A stretch of DNA of 32,000 nt from the NCBI RefSeq assembly GCF_018141405.1, contig NZ_CP058648.1, positions 3,141,875-3,173,874 of the forward strand, in the 5' to 3' direction. The notes beneath the pieces were generated by a model. It was given only the letters and a program-made list of their open reading frames with translations. It had not been told where the DNA came from and searched no databases. This document shows positions 8,448-17,088 of the stretch, in pieces. Position 1 is the stretch's first letter. The number at the start of each line of letters is the position of its first letter. The stretch comes from Serpentinicella alkaliphila. GTDB taxonomy: Bacteria; Bacillota; Clostridia; Peptostreptococcales; Natronincolaceae. Position numbers and translations under genes: made by a program.

Positions 8448-9665
8448 TTACAATTTTTTACTATCTGTACTATACTTCTTATTTGATAATGTCTTCTTAT
8501 ATATGGACTCTTTCTTCCTATTAATAATGTCTTCCACTACTTTAATTTTTCCATTTATTATACTAATTTCAACTACATCAATATTTAATTTCTTCATCAT
8601 CTTAAACATAATAAACTTTTCTCTATCTCTAACTATATTGTAGACCTGGCCCTTTTTGTTCATTCTACCCGTTCTTCCAGCTCTATGTAAGTAATCTACA
8701 GGATTTAATGGTAAGTCCATATTAAATATATGCGATACATCACTAAAATCCATTCCCCTTGTAAATAGATCTGTTGTCACTAAAATTTTAAGCTTTCCAT
8801 TATTAAATGTAGTAAGAATATGCTGTCTATCTTGGTTATTTGTTCTAGTTTGTATGCCACCCACAGACAGTCCATAGGATTTTAGCTCTTTTACAAATCT
8901 ATCAACGTTTTCATTCTTATTAATGAAGACTAAAGATTTAGTTGGTTTCAATACTTCGATAAGCTCAGATAGTGTTTCAGTTTTTTTCGGAGCAGTGCTA
9001 ACAATATGAAAATGCTTTATGCCAGTTGGAACAGGCTTTGCATTGTCTAAAGAAATATACTTAGGGTCTTTCATTATTGAATTTAGTATATCCAAAGCAT
9101 CTTTTGAAAGTGTTGCTGAAAAACTTACAACTTGTCTATCTTTTAAAGTCGAATCAATAATTGAATGAACCTTTTCCCTAAACCCTTGTTCAAGAATTTG
9201 ATCCACCTCGTCTAAGGCAATAATTTTAACACCATGCACCTTTAATTTTTTAAGTCCTATAATATGTAATAATCTACCTGGGGTAGCTACTATAATCTGT
9301 GGCTTATCCTTTAATTTATCAAGTTGTCTATTAATTTCCATTCCTTCTAATATAGTCACTGAACTTATATTTGTACCTTTAATAACACTTTCAATTTCTC
9401 TATTTATTTGAAGGCTTAGCTCTCTACTTGGAGCTAATACTAACATCTGTAGCTCTTTTTTTTCAGGATCTATTTTCTCAATCATTGGTATTAAATAAGC
9501 TAGGGTTTTACCAGTTCCTGTTTTAGCTTTCCCTATTACATCTTCTCCATCTAAAATTTTAGGTATAGCGGCCTCTTGAATCTCAGTTGGATCAATTTTT
9601 TCTTCCCTCTCTAAATTATCTACTATAAAATTTTTGATATTAAAATCTTTAAATTTTTTACTCAC
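8448..9665 (-). CDS. DEAD-box ATP-dependent RNA helicase (motif II reads DEVD)
   Basis: Motifs seen: AKTGTGKT, PSRELS, TPGRL, DEVD, SAT, HRAGRTGR. GTG start with AAGGAG 10 nt upstream. Confidence 0.93.
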   Translation of the reverse strand: MSKKFKDFNIKNFIVDNLEREEKIDPTEIQEAAIPKILDGEDVIGKAKTGTGKTLAYLIPMIEKIDPEKKELQMLVLAPSRELSLQINREIESVIKGTNISSVTILEGMEINRQLDKLKDKPQIIVATPGRLLHIIGLKKLKVHGVKIIALDEVDQILEQGFREKVHSIIDSTLKDRQVVSFSATLSKDALDILNSIMKDPKYISLDNAKPVPTGIKHFHIVSTAPKKTETLSELIEVLKPTKSLVFINKNENVDRFVKELKSYGLSVGGIQTRTNNQDRQHILTTFNNGKLKILVTTDLFTRGMDFSDVSHIFNMDLPLNPVDYLHRAGRTGRMNKKGQVYNIVRDREKFIMFKMMKKLNIDVVEISIINGKIKVVEDIINRKKESIYKKTLSNKKYSTDSKKL

Positions 9666-9920
9666 TATAAGAATTCTCCTTTTATATAACCTTTACTTTA
9701 ATAAATCTCATTAATATATTAACACAAATTTCCTCTAATAATAAAAAATAATTCATAAAATAATTAATTTTCCAAGTTTATATTATATTAAACCATATAA
9801 TTATTATTTCATTTTTAATACAAATTATCATACAGTCACTTTATTTAGATTTTTTTAGTGAATGTCAAAATTTAAGCTTCAATTTTATTACTGCTATACT
9901 ATTTAGTTTTTTTGTGAAAT

Positions 9921-9952
9921 AAAAAAAAAGACAAACTACTAAAGCTTGTCTT
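9921..9952 (-). terminator. Rho-independent terminator of the pst operon
   Basis: On the minus strand, AAGACAA-11 nt-TTGTCTT is followed by a run of 9 T. Confidence 0.7.
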
Positions 9953-9971
9953 AAGAAAAGAATAGCATAAA

Positions 9972-10778
9972 TTAAATTATTCCTTTTAAATAGTTAGATA
10001 AAATTTGTGAATTTGGTGTTGTAAAAATTTTTTCGCTTGCTCCTTGCTCTACTACCTCTCCCTTATAGAAAAAAGCAACATCATCTGCGATTCTTCTTGC
10101 TTGCTCCATATTATGTGTAACAATTACTACAGTGTATTTTTCCTTTAGTTGTACAAGTAGTTCCTCTATTTTAAGAGTTGCTATAGGGTCAAGTGATGAA
10201 CATGGTTCGTCAAATAAAATAACCTTTGGCTCTATTGTAAGAGCCCTAGCAATACACAATCTTTGCTGCTGACCACCTGAAATTTTTAATGCCGATTTAT
10301 GTAATCTATCTTTTACTTCATCGTAAAGCGCAGCGTCTTTTAATTTTTCAATTATTATCTCATTAATCCTCTTCTTTTCAATATTTGAAAAGTTCTCAAC
10401 TATAGGTAGCTTTAAATTGTCATATATAGACATCGGAAAGGCATTCGGGTCTTGAAAAACCATGCCTATTTTCCGTCTAATTTCTAAGGTATCCAAATCA
10501 CTATCAGTTACCTCTATATTATCCATTTTTATTATACCAGAACATCTATACCCATTAATTACATCATTCATTCTATTAATTGAACGTAGCAATGTAGTTT
10601 TTCCACATCCAGAAGGTCCAATAAAAGCTGTAATGGCATTTCTTTTAATATTCATATTTACATCTGATAATGCATTATTATTACCATACCATGCATTAAA
10701 ATCTTTAATAGATATTACTATATCTTCTATGTTTGAATCTATATCCTTTTCTTGAAGACTAATTGCTTCTTCTGCCAT
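9972..10778 (-). CDS. pstB: Phosphate ABC transporter ATP-binding protein PstB
   Basis: Walker A GPSGCGKT, signature ISGGQQQRL, Walker B ILFDEPCSSLDP. It occupies the last position of the pstSCAB order. Confidence 0.95.
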   Translation of the reverse strand: MAEEAISLQEKDIDSNIEDIVISIKDFNAWYGNNNALSDVNMNIKRNAITAFIGPSGCGKTTLLRSINRMNDVINGYRCSGIIKMDNIEVTDSDLDTLEIRRKIGMVFQDPNAFPMSIYDNLKLPIVENFSNIEKKRINEIIIEKLKDAALYDEVKDRLHKSALKISGGQQQRLCIARALTIEPKVILFDEPCSSLDPIATLKIEELLVQLKEKYTVVIVTHNMEQARRIADDVAFFYKGEVVEQGASEKIFTTPNSQILSNYLKGII

Positions 10779-10780
10779 AT

Positions 10781-11722
10781 CTATTCCTCCATCACAGACT
10801 TATTTCTAGATCCAACAAAAATAGTTATTGCATTTAAGATTATTATTATGGTTATTAAAACAACTGAAGCTCCAAAGGCTAGCTCTGGCATATCTCCTTC
10901 ACCTGCAGGAGAATTATAGTAAATATAAGTAGTTAATGTAGATCCAGTATTTTTTAATGTACTCATCCAGTTTTGTGGTTGATACCATGGTTGGTTTCCT
11001 GTCATCCTCAGAGTTCCCCCTAGAAGTAACCAAACTATAGCGGTATCACCAATCATCCTACCCATACCCAAAATAACAGAAGTTACTATTCCATTACTAG
11101 CACTCGGTAATACAACGTTCACAATTGTATCCCATTTTGAAACCCCTAAAGCCAAGGAAGCTTCTCTATATGATTTCGGAACTGATTTGATAGCTTCCTC
11201 GCATGTTTTTATTACAAAAGGTAATATCATAATTGCCATAGCAAAGCTACATACTAAAAATGATTTACCAAAGGCTCTCGTTACACCTTCGACACCTTCT
11301 ACCATTGAACTTAAAAATCCTAACTGAGGCCTAGTAAATATTGCTACTCCAAAAATTGCAATTACAATAGTAGGTATTCCGGCTAAAATATCAATTGACG
11401 TTCTAAAAAAATTGTTCACTAAATTATCCATCGCATATTCTGAAAGATAAATTGCTGTAGATAAAGCCCAGGGTAAAGCTATAATTATTCTGAGTATTGT
11501 AATTATAAATGTTCCTACAATTGGAGTTAGAATACCTCCTGCTTTGCTAATGTCTACTGCTGTTGCCCCTGGATCTGTTGTTAAAAACTGTAGATTAATT
11601 ACACTGTATCCATTGATAAATAGAAAAACAATAATTCCTATGCATCCAGCAACAGTTATTAATGAAGATCCCAAAGCAAAATATTGTTGGATGTAGTCAA
11701 AAACCCTTCTCCTATTAGACAA
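10781..11722 (-). CDS. pstA: Phosphate ABC transporter permease PstA
   Basis: 313-aa polytopic permease with the EAA-like loop YREASLALGVSKWDTIVNVVLP. Its start overlaps the pstC end by 8 nt. Confidence 0.9.
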   Translation of the reverse strand: MSNRRRVFDYIQQYFALGSSLITVAGCIGIIVFLFINGYSVINLQFLTTDPGATAVDISKAGGILTPIVGTFIITILRIIIALPWALSTAIYLSEYAMDNLVNNFFRTSIDILAGIPTIVIAIFGVAIFTRPQLGFLSSMVEGVEGVTRAFGKSFLVCSFAMAIMILPFVIKTCEEAIKSVPKSYREASLALGVSKWDTIVNVVLPSASNGIVTSVILGMGRMIGDTAIVWLLLGGTLRMTGNQPWYQPQNWMSTLKNTGSTLTTYIYYNSPAGEGDMPELAFGASVVLITIIIILNAITIFVGSRNKSVMEE

Positions 11723-12688
11723 GTCCCTGCCTCCTTTTTACAATTCTCTCGATAACTTTTGCTGAAATACTTAGTATAGATGTTGTAATTAATAATAAAA
11801 CCCCACAGCCAAATAAAGCTGATTCTATGCTCTGTACCGCAATAGCTTCTGATTTATTTACTATAGCAGATGCTAAAGGTAAAACGTGTGTTAAGAAAAA
11901 TACGCTTCCATGTAAAGGATTAGGTAATACACCTAAACTACCAGCAACCATGAACATAGCAATTGCTTCTCCAATGGCCCTTCTTGTTCCTAGAATTACA
12001 CCAGCAATAATACCTGATTTTGCAGAAGGTGATACTACTTAACTATTGTACGCCATTTCGATAGCCCTAGGGCTAAGGAAGCCTCTCTATATTTATGAGG
12101 AACTGCTTTAATTGCATCAGCCGAAAGTGCGGTTATTATCGGTATAATCATAAATGTTAGTACTATTATTCCAGCTAACATACTTCGTCCAGTTAGTTGA
12201 AAATATTCTAAATATTCAATTTGCATTTGAACATTCATAAATTTCTCTCTTGCAAAAGGTACTACAACTATTAATCCAACTAATCCAAATATAATAGATG
12301 GTATACCTGCTAATAGTCTAACAATAGATAGAATCATCTTTTTAATAGAACCATTAGACATCTCACTAATAACAATTGCTGTTCCAACTCCCATAGGTAC
12401 TGATATAAGTAAGGCACCTAAAGTTGTGGTTATTGAACCTACTAAAAGACTAAGTGCCCCAAATTCCCACACAGGCTCACTAGATAATGCATTAAATGCA
12501 TTTACTATTTGTGTATCAAAGCCAGTTTTAGTTACAAATCCTAAACCATTTACTAAAAAAACCTTTGATGCCTTCTGTAAAATAAATATAAATATAAAAA
12601 TTACCATTGCTGCGCTAAATAAAGTAAAGAGAAAAATAAGCTTTTCAAAGACAAGTTCTCTTATTTTATCTAACTTTAATGTATTCAA
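11715..12688 (-). pseudogene. pstC: pstC (phosphate ABC permease) interrupted by a 1-nt frameshift near 12038-12041
   Basis: The 217-aa N-terminal ORF ends ...YREASLALGLSKWRTIVK-stop. The next frame opens at 12038 and reads VVSPSAKSGIIAGVILGTRRAIGEAIAMFMVAGS..., which is the expected continuation. One extra base after AAG would restore a single ORF. Confidence 0.8.
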
Positions 12689-12854
12689 ATTTTCTTTATA
12701 CTTGAATGGTTGTTGAATATCATAACTATGTATTTTTCCAAATCTTCACCCCACAATTATATGAAACCACCATGGACATCAATCTTTTATATAAATTACA
12801 TATATCCATGGTGGGTAGTTTTTTGTATTTTAGTACTATTTATTTATCAATGAA

Positions 12855-13566
12855 TTATGGTAAGCTTATAAAATCTTCACTATCAATTATTTTTTTACCT
12901 GTAGGAGAAGTGAAGAAATCTATTAATTTAGCTGTTACACCACTCGGTCTTCCTTTTGTACAGATTACTAGAGGTTGTACAATTGGATATTTTTTGTTTA
13001 ATGCATTTTCCACTGTTGCCTCAATACCATTTACAGTAAGAGTATTAATGCTGTTATCAACATGACCGAATGATAAGAAACCAATAGCGTTTACTTCCTT
13101 AGCTACTGCTTGCTTCACAGCTGGGTTAGAAGTGTGTGGTGTTGCTGTGGCAATAACTTGTTGACCTTTTTGAATTTTATCAAGAGCAAGCTCAACAAAT
13201 GCTCCTAATGTTCCTGAACCTGATTCTCTTGTTTGAACAAAGATCGGCGCATTGTTTCCACCTACTTCACTCCAATTATTTACTTTACCTGTGAATATAT
13301 CAAATATCTGTTGTTGAGTTAGGTTTTTAACTGGGTTGTTTTTATGTACAACGATTGCAATACCATCTTTGCCTATTACCAGAATTTAATTTCATTAAAT
13401 GATCTGCCGAAGCTTGTGATATAGGTTGTAGTGTTGTTGAACCACCAATTTTAACTGTACCATTCATATCTGTAAAGTAATTAACTTCTACGGAACGAGT
13501 ACTTTCCTTCCAATCTACCTTTGCCCCAACCGCCTCAGCAATTAAAAATTTACCACCAATGTACAT
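12855..13566 (-). pseudogene. pstS: pstS (phosphate-binding protein) remnant: no signal peptide, internal deletion plus frame change
   Basis: Fragment 1 (13566-13342) reads ...GTVKIGGSTTLQPISQASADHLMKLNSG and then runs out of frame. Fragment 2 is open from 13385 to 12855 and reads VIGKDGIAIVVHKNNPVKNLTQQQIFDIFTGKVNNWSEVGG...TRESGSGTLGAF.... The expected first GGSGTG phosphate-binding segment between the two fragments is absent. A stop codon lies 3 codons upstream of the first Met. Confidence 0.75.
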
Positions 13567-13725
13567 ATTAAACTAATAATTTTTCTATGAAAGAATGAAT
13601 AATATGAATTAACACCTAATCCTTTAATTAGAAATTAATAAGAATTATTTATATCAATATTTGTTTAATAGAAATAGTTTCGGTTAAATATATATTTATA
13701 CATTAATCTACTGGGGAGTGATAAT

Positions 13726-14247
13726 TTGATTATAATAAGAAATTTTGAAATTGCAGGTATTTTTATAATTTTCATAATGAGTTTTTTATTACATGAATTG
13801 TACGACATGACAGGCCAAAATATTATAGTTGGTGTTTTTGCACCCATCAATGAAAGTATTTGGGAGCATATGAAGATGGGATTTTTTGCAGTTATTTTCT
13901 ATAGTATGATTGAGTATTACTTTATACGAGGAATTTCCAATAACTTTTTTTTAGCAAAAGGGATACTAGTTATACTGCTTCCAGCTATGATAGCTATAGG
14001 TCATATAGTATATACGACTATTTTGGGAAGACATATAGTATTGATAGATATTATTAATTTATTTATATGGATAGGGATTGGTCAATTAATAAGCTATAAA
14101 ATACTAACACTTGAAAAGAATTATTTAACATTAAATAAAACATGTCTAGTATTTATTATATTTATGATGCTTGCATATATTGTTTTTACTTTTGTACAAC
14201 CAAATCTAAGTATTTTTCAAGAACCTAAAACTAGTATTGAAAAATAA
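13726..14247 (+). CDS. Small polytopic membrane protein of unknown function (possibly DUF6512-like)
   Basis: 173 aa with about 5 TM helices. TTG start with GGGGAG 7 nt upstream. The NESIWEHMKM motif recalls a Firmicute DUF family, a call made from memory. Confidence 0.65.
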   Translation: MIIIRNFEIAGIFIIFIMSFLLHELYDMTGQNIIVGVFAPINESIWEHMKMGFFAVIFYSMIEYYFIRGISNNFFLAKGILVILLPAMIAIGHIVYTTILGRHIVLIDIINLFIWIGIGQLISYKILTLEKNYLTLNKTCLVFIIFMMLAYIVFTFVQPNLSIFQEPKTSIEK

Positions 14248-14366
14248 TAGCTAATAATTACCGATAGTTAATATGCCCTTCTCGATGTTATTATTATTTA
14301 AGTTAAATTTATATTACAAATATTAATTTAAATTGTAACAACTAATATTTCCTAAGGAAGGTGCAA

Positions 14367-15839
14367 ATGAGCTCAAATTTTAAATTAAATTTAGTTAACA
14401 AATCAGAAAGGATTTATTTTTTTCTTTCCCTATTAATAAGTATTATTTTATACATCTTTGTTTTCACTTCAATAAATGCTTTTATTATACTTTTTTTAAT
14501 TACTCTATTGTCAGCATTATATATGGCTAATATACGCATTAATGGGGTACGCATTAGTAGTCATCAATTTCCTGCGGTATATGAAAAAACAAAAGAACTA
14601 TGTGAATTAATGGAAATAAAAAAGATACCTGATATATTTGTAATCCAGTCAGGTGGAGTATTAAATGCATTCGCAACTCGTTTTTTTGGTAAAAATATGG
14701 TTGTGCTGTACTCTGAAATTTTTGATCTAATTGACTCTTCAGATGAAAATGTTTTATCATTTATTCTTACCCATGAGCTAGCACATATTAAAAGAAATCA
14801 CATTACTAAACAAGCATTAATACTACCTGCAATGTGGGTTCCTTTTCTAGGAAAAGCATATTCTAGAGCCTGTGAATATACTTGTGACCGTATGGCTGCC
14901 CACTACATCAATGACCCTGAGGCAGCTATGGAAGGGCTAACAATGCTAGCCATTGGGAAGACCTTGTTTAAACAAGTTAATAGAGAAGAGTATTTACATC
15001 AAAGTAGCAACGAAAAGGGGCTATTTACATTTTTTGCAGAAAAGCTTTCTACACACCCAACATTGCCAAAGAGGATTAATAAAATCGAGCTATTCTTTAA
15101 TGGTTCATCAAAAACAGTATTCAAGACTACTCCTAAAGTAGTTATTTCTATTGTTTTACTGTCTATATTAATGTCTACACTAGGTGGAGTAGGTTTCTAC
15201 TATGCTGATGAAATAAAAGAAAGCATAAATACGTTTTTTCCAAACTTCTATTCTAACGACGATTTTATAATTTTAATTGAAGCTGTTGTTGCAGGGGATA
15301 CAGATGAAGTTAAATCTATTTTAGAATCAAGAATTAATCCTGACATCGTAGATTCAGAAGGCTGGACACCACTTATGTGGGCAACTCAGCTTAATGATTT
15401 AGATATGATAAATCTATTTATTGAATATGGGGCTGATCCAAATAAAATAGACTACTATTATGAGGAAACTGCTTTAATAATTGCTCTTACTAATGATTAT
15501 GTTGAAGCTATAGCAGCTTTACTTGAAGCTGGTGCAGATCCAAATCTTTCTGATTCATATGGTTGGACTCCTTTAATGAGTGCAGTTTCAAACGATAATT
15601 CTAAAAATATAAGAATTTTATTAGAAGCTGGAGCTGACCCTAATGTATCAAATATCTATGGCTATACCCCTTTAATGAGTGCATCTTCAAAAGGTAATTT
15701 AGAAGCTGCTAGAGAGTTATTGGAATTTGGTGCTATAACAGATATTAGAGATGATGATAAATTCACAGCATTTTTATATGCAAAAAAATCAAAACACAAT
15801 GACATAGCGGATCTAATAAAGATGTATGAAAAAAACTAA
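14367..15839 (+). CDS. M48-family zinc metallopeptidase fused to C-terminal ankyrin repeats
   Basis: Two N-terminal TM helices, then the HELAH zinc motif (14772-14786) and the STHPTLPKRI C-terminal M48 signature. A further TM helix (VVISIVLLSILMSTLGGVGFYYA) follows, then 5-6 ankyrin repeats (GWTPLMWA...GADPN, GWTPLMSA...GADPN, GYTPLMSA...). I prefer the ATG at 14367 (AAGGAAGG upstream) over the track GTG at 14361. Confidence 0.85.
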   Translation: MSSNFKLNLVNKSERIYFFLSLLISIILYIFVFTSINAFIILFLITLLSALYMANIRINGVRISSHQFPAVYEKTKELCELMEIKKIPDIFVIQSGGVLNAFATRFFGKNMVVLYSEIFDLIDSSDENVLSFILTHELAHIKRNHITKQALILPAMWVPFLGKAYSRACEYTCDRMAAHYINDPEAAMEGLTMLAIGKTLFKQVNREEYLHQSSNEKGLFTFFAEKLSTHPTLPKRINKIELFFNGSSKTVFKTTPKVVISIVLLSILMSTLGGVGFYYADEIKESINTFFPNFYSNDDFIILIEAVVAGDTDEVKSILESRINPDIVDSEGWTPLMWATQLNDLDMINLFIEYGADPNKIDYYYEETALIIALTNDYVEAIAALLEAGADPNLSDSYGWTPLMSAVSNDNSKNIRILLEAGADPNVSNIYGYTPLMSASSKGNLEAARELLEFGAITDIRDDDKFTAFLYAKKSKHNDIADLIKMYEKN

Positions 15840-15863
15840 ATTCAAATAATTTAATTCTTGAAT

Positions 15864-15894
15864 AAAAACCCGTACTCAAAAATGTACGGGTTTT
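15864..15894. terminator. Bidirectional rho-independent terminator between convergent genes
   Basis: AAAAACCCGTAC-tcaaaaat-GTACGGGTTTT, with A- and T-runs on both flanks. Confidence 0.75.
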
Positions 15895-15913
15895 AATACC
15901 AATATTTTTATAT

Positions 15914-16951
15914 TTAGGTAAACAAATTACTCTTCGGAAACACACCAAATAAACCACCTGTATGTATAAATAATATATTTTTATATTCATTCATATTTCC
16001 CTTTTTTATTTCATTTACTAACCCATACATTGCTTTGCCAGTATAAACAGGGTCTAAAACAATGCCCTCAAGTTTTGCCAGATAGCTAATAAATTCAAGC
16101 TCTTCATTTCTACTTTCTGCATAGCCTAGTCCTACATAACCATCAATTATTTTTATGTCATCATTTGAGTATTCAACTCGACTATTAATATATGGAAAAC
16201 TCTCTTCTAATATATTTGAAATCTGTTTCTTAAAATATTCAGCATTACTAGATACATTAATTCCTAAGATTGCAGACTCTCTGCCCAGTAGTCTATTAGC
16301 TAAGAATAGACCACTATAAGTTCCCCCCGAACCGACAGAAATAGCAATTGCATCAAACTTAATACCTAAATGTTCCTCCTGCTTTTGTATTTCCTCCAAG
16401 GCAGTATAGTATCCAAAGGAGCCTATACCCATTGAACCACCTTCGGGTATAATATAGGGGTTATATCCCTTCGCCTCTAACTCTGTTTTTATGTCTTTCA
16501 TAATTTCCATTCTTTTATTTTGGTAGTCATCCCCGGTAATAAGTTTGAACTTTGCTCCTAATAATTTGCTAAGAAAATAATTACCTTCTAACGCCTCTTC
16601 CTCATGACCTTTTAGCACTAAAAATGATCCTAATCCTAATTTAGCTGCTATAGCAGCGGTTGCCCTAGCATGATTAGATTGAATACCGCCACATGTTATC
16701 AAATAGTCACAACTTTGATCTATTGCTTCTTGGACTATATACTCTAATTTTCTAACTTTATTCCCTGATACCTCTGAGCCTGTCTGGTCATCTCTTTTAA
16801 TAAATATTTTTGGTCCATCTAATTCTTTAGTAAGTCTGCTTAGATAGTCTATTCTTGTAGGTAAATTAGCTAAGTTAATTCTTGGTGGTTTTTTAATCAA
16901 TCCAATTCCCCCTAATAGTTTATTAGCTTTCCTAAATAGGCGTTTATACAA
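15914..16951 (-). CDS. PLP-dependent D-cysteine desulfhydrase / ACC deaminase family protein
   Basis: Motifs seen: GNKVRKLEYIV, TCGGIQSNHARATAAIAAKLG, a glycine-rich SVGSGGT loop. The true start may be the TTG at 16900, which is preceded by AGGGGG at 7 nt. Confidence 0.88.
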   Translation of the reverse strand: MYKRLFRKANKLLGGIGLIKKPPRINLANLPTRIDYLSRLTKELDGPKIFIKRDDQTGSEVSGNKVRKLEYIVQEAIDQSCDYLITCGGIQSNHARATAAIAAKLGLGSFLVLKGHEEEALEGNYFLSKLLGAKFKLITGDDYQNKRMEIMKDIKTELEAKGYNPYIIPEGGSMGIGSFGYYTALEEIQKQEEHLGIKFDAIAISVGSGGTYSGLFLANRLLGRESAILGINVSSNAEYFKKQISNILEESFPYINSRVEYSNDDIKIIDGYVGLGYAESRNEELEFISYLAKLEGIVLDPVYTGKAMYGLVNEIKKGNMNEYKNILFIHTGGLFGVFPKSNLFT

Positions 16952-17020
16952 ATTTTCATTTAATACTTATTAATTAAATTTCTGTATCTAGTATTATAAT
17001 TCCTTTTTTATTTATTCATT

Positions 17021-17066
17021 AAAAAGAAAAGCTCTACCACTTTTAAAATAAGAGTGTGAGCTTTTA
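17021..17066 (-). terminator. Probable terminator after the WG-repeat lipoprotein gene
   Basis: On the minus strand, AAAGCTCACAC...GTGGTAGAGCTTT forms an imperfect hairpin followed by TCTTTTT. Confidence 0.5.
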
Positions 17067-17088
17067 TTCCTAACGTATATATATTATA

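Noticed and set aside
8371-8643. A 90-aa plus-strand ORF starting inside the end of nqrF and running across the terminator into the helicase gene.
   Set aside because: It spans a strong hairpin and overlaps the 3' end of the helicase CDS in antisense. It has Ile/Phe/Leu-rich AT-driven composition and no SD.
9666-9920. The long (about 250 nt) AT-rich leader upstream of the DEAD-box helicase as a structured regulatory RNA. A TTGACA lies near 9863-9868 on the minus strand.
   Set aside because: No convincing -10 sits at the proper spacing, and I could not define a conserved structure by eye. Long leaders are common for cold-shock-type helicases, but I cannot support a specific feature.
12030-12045. 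Programmed ribosomal frameshifting in pstC.
   Set aside because: There is no slippery heptamer or stimulatory structure at the junction, and the neighbouring pstS is independently degraded. A simple mutation or sequencing error is more parsimonious.
13665-13850. A 61-aa minus-strand ORF in the pstS / membrane-protein divergent region.
   Set aside because: It overlaps the start of the better-supported plus-strand membrane-protein gene and has no SD or recognisable features.
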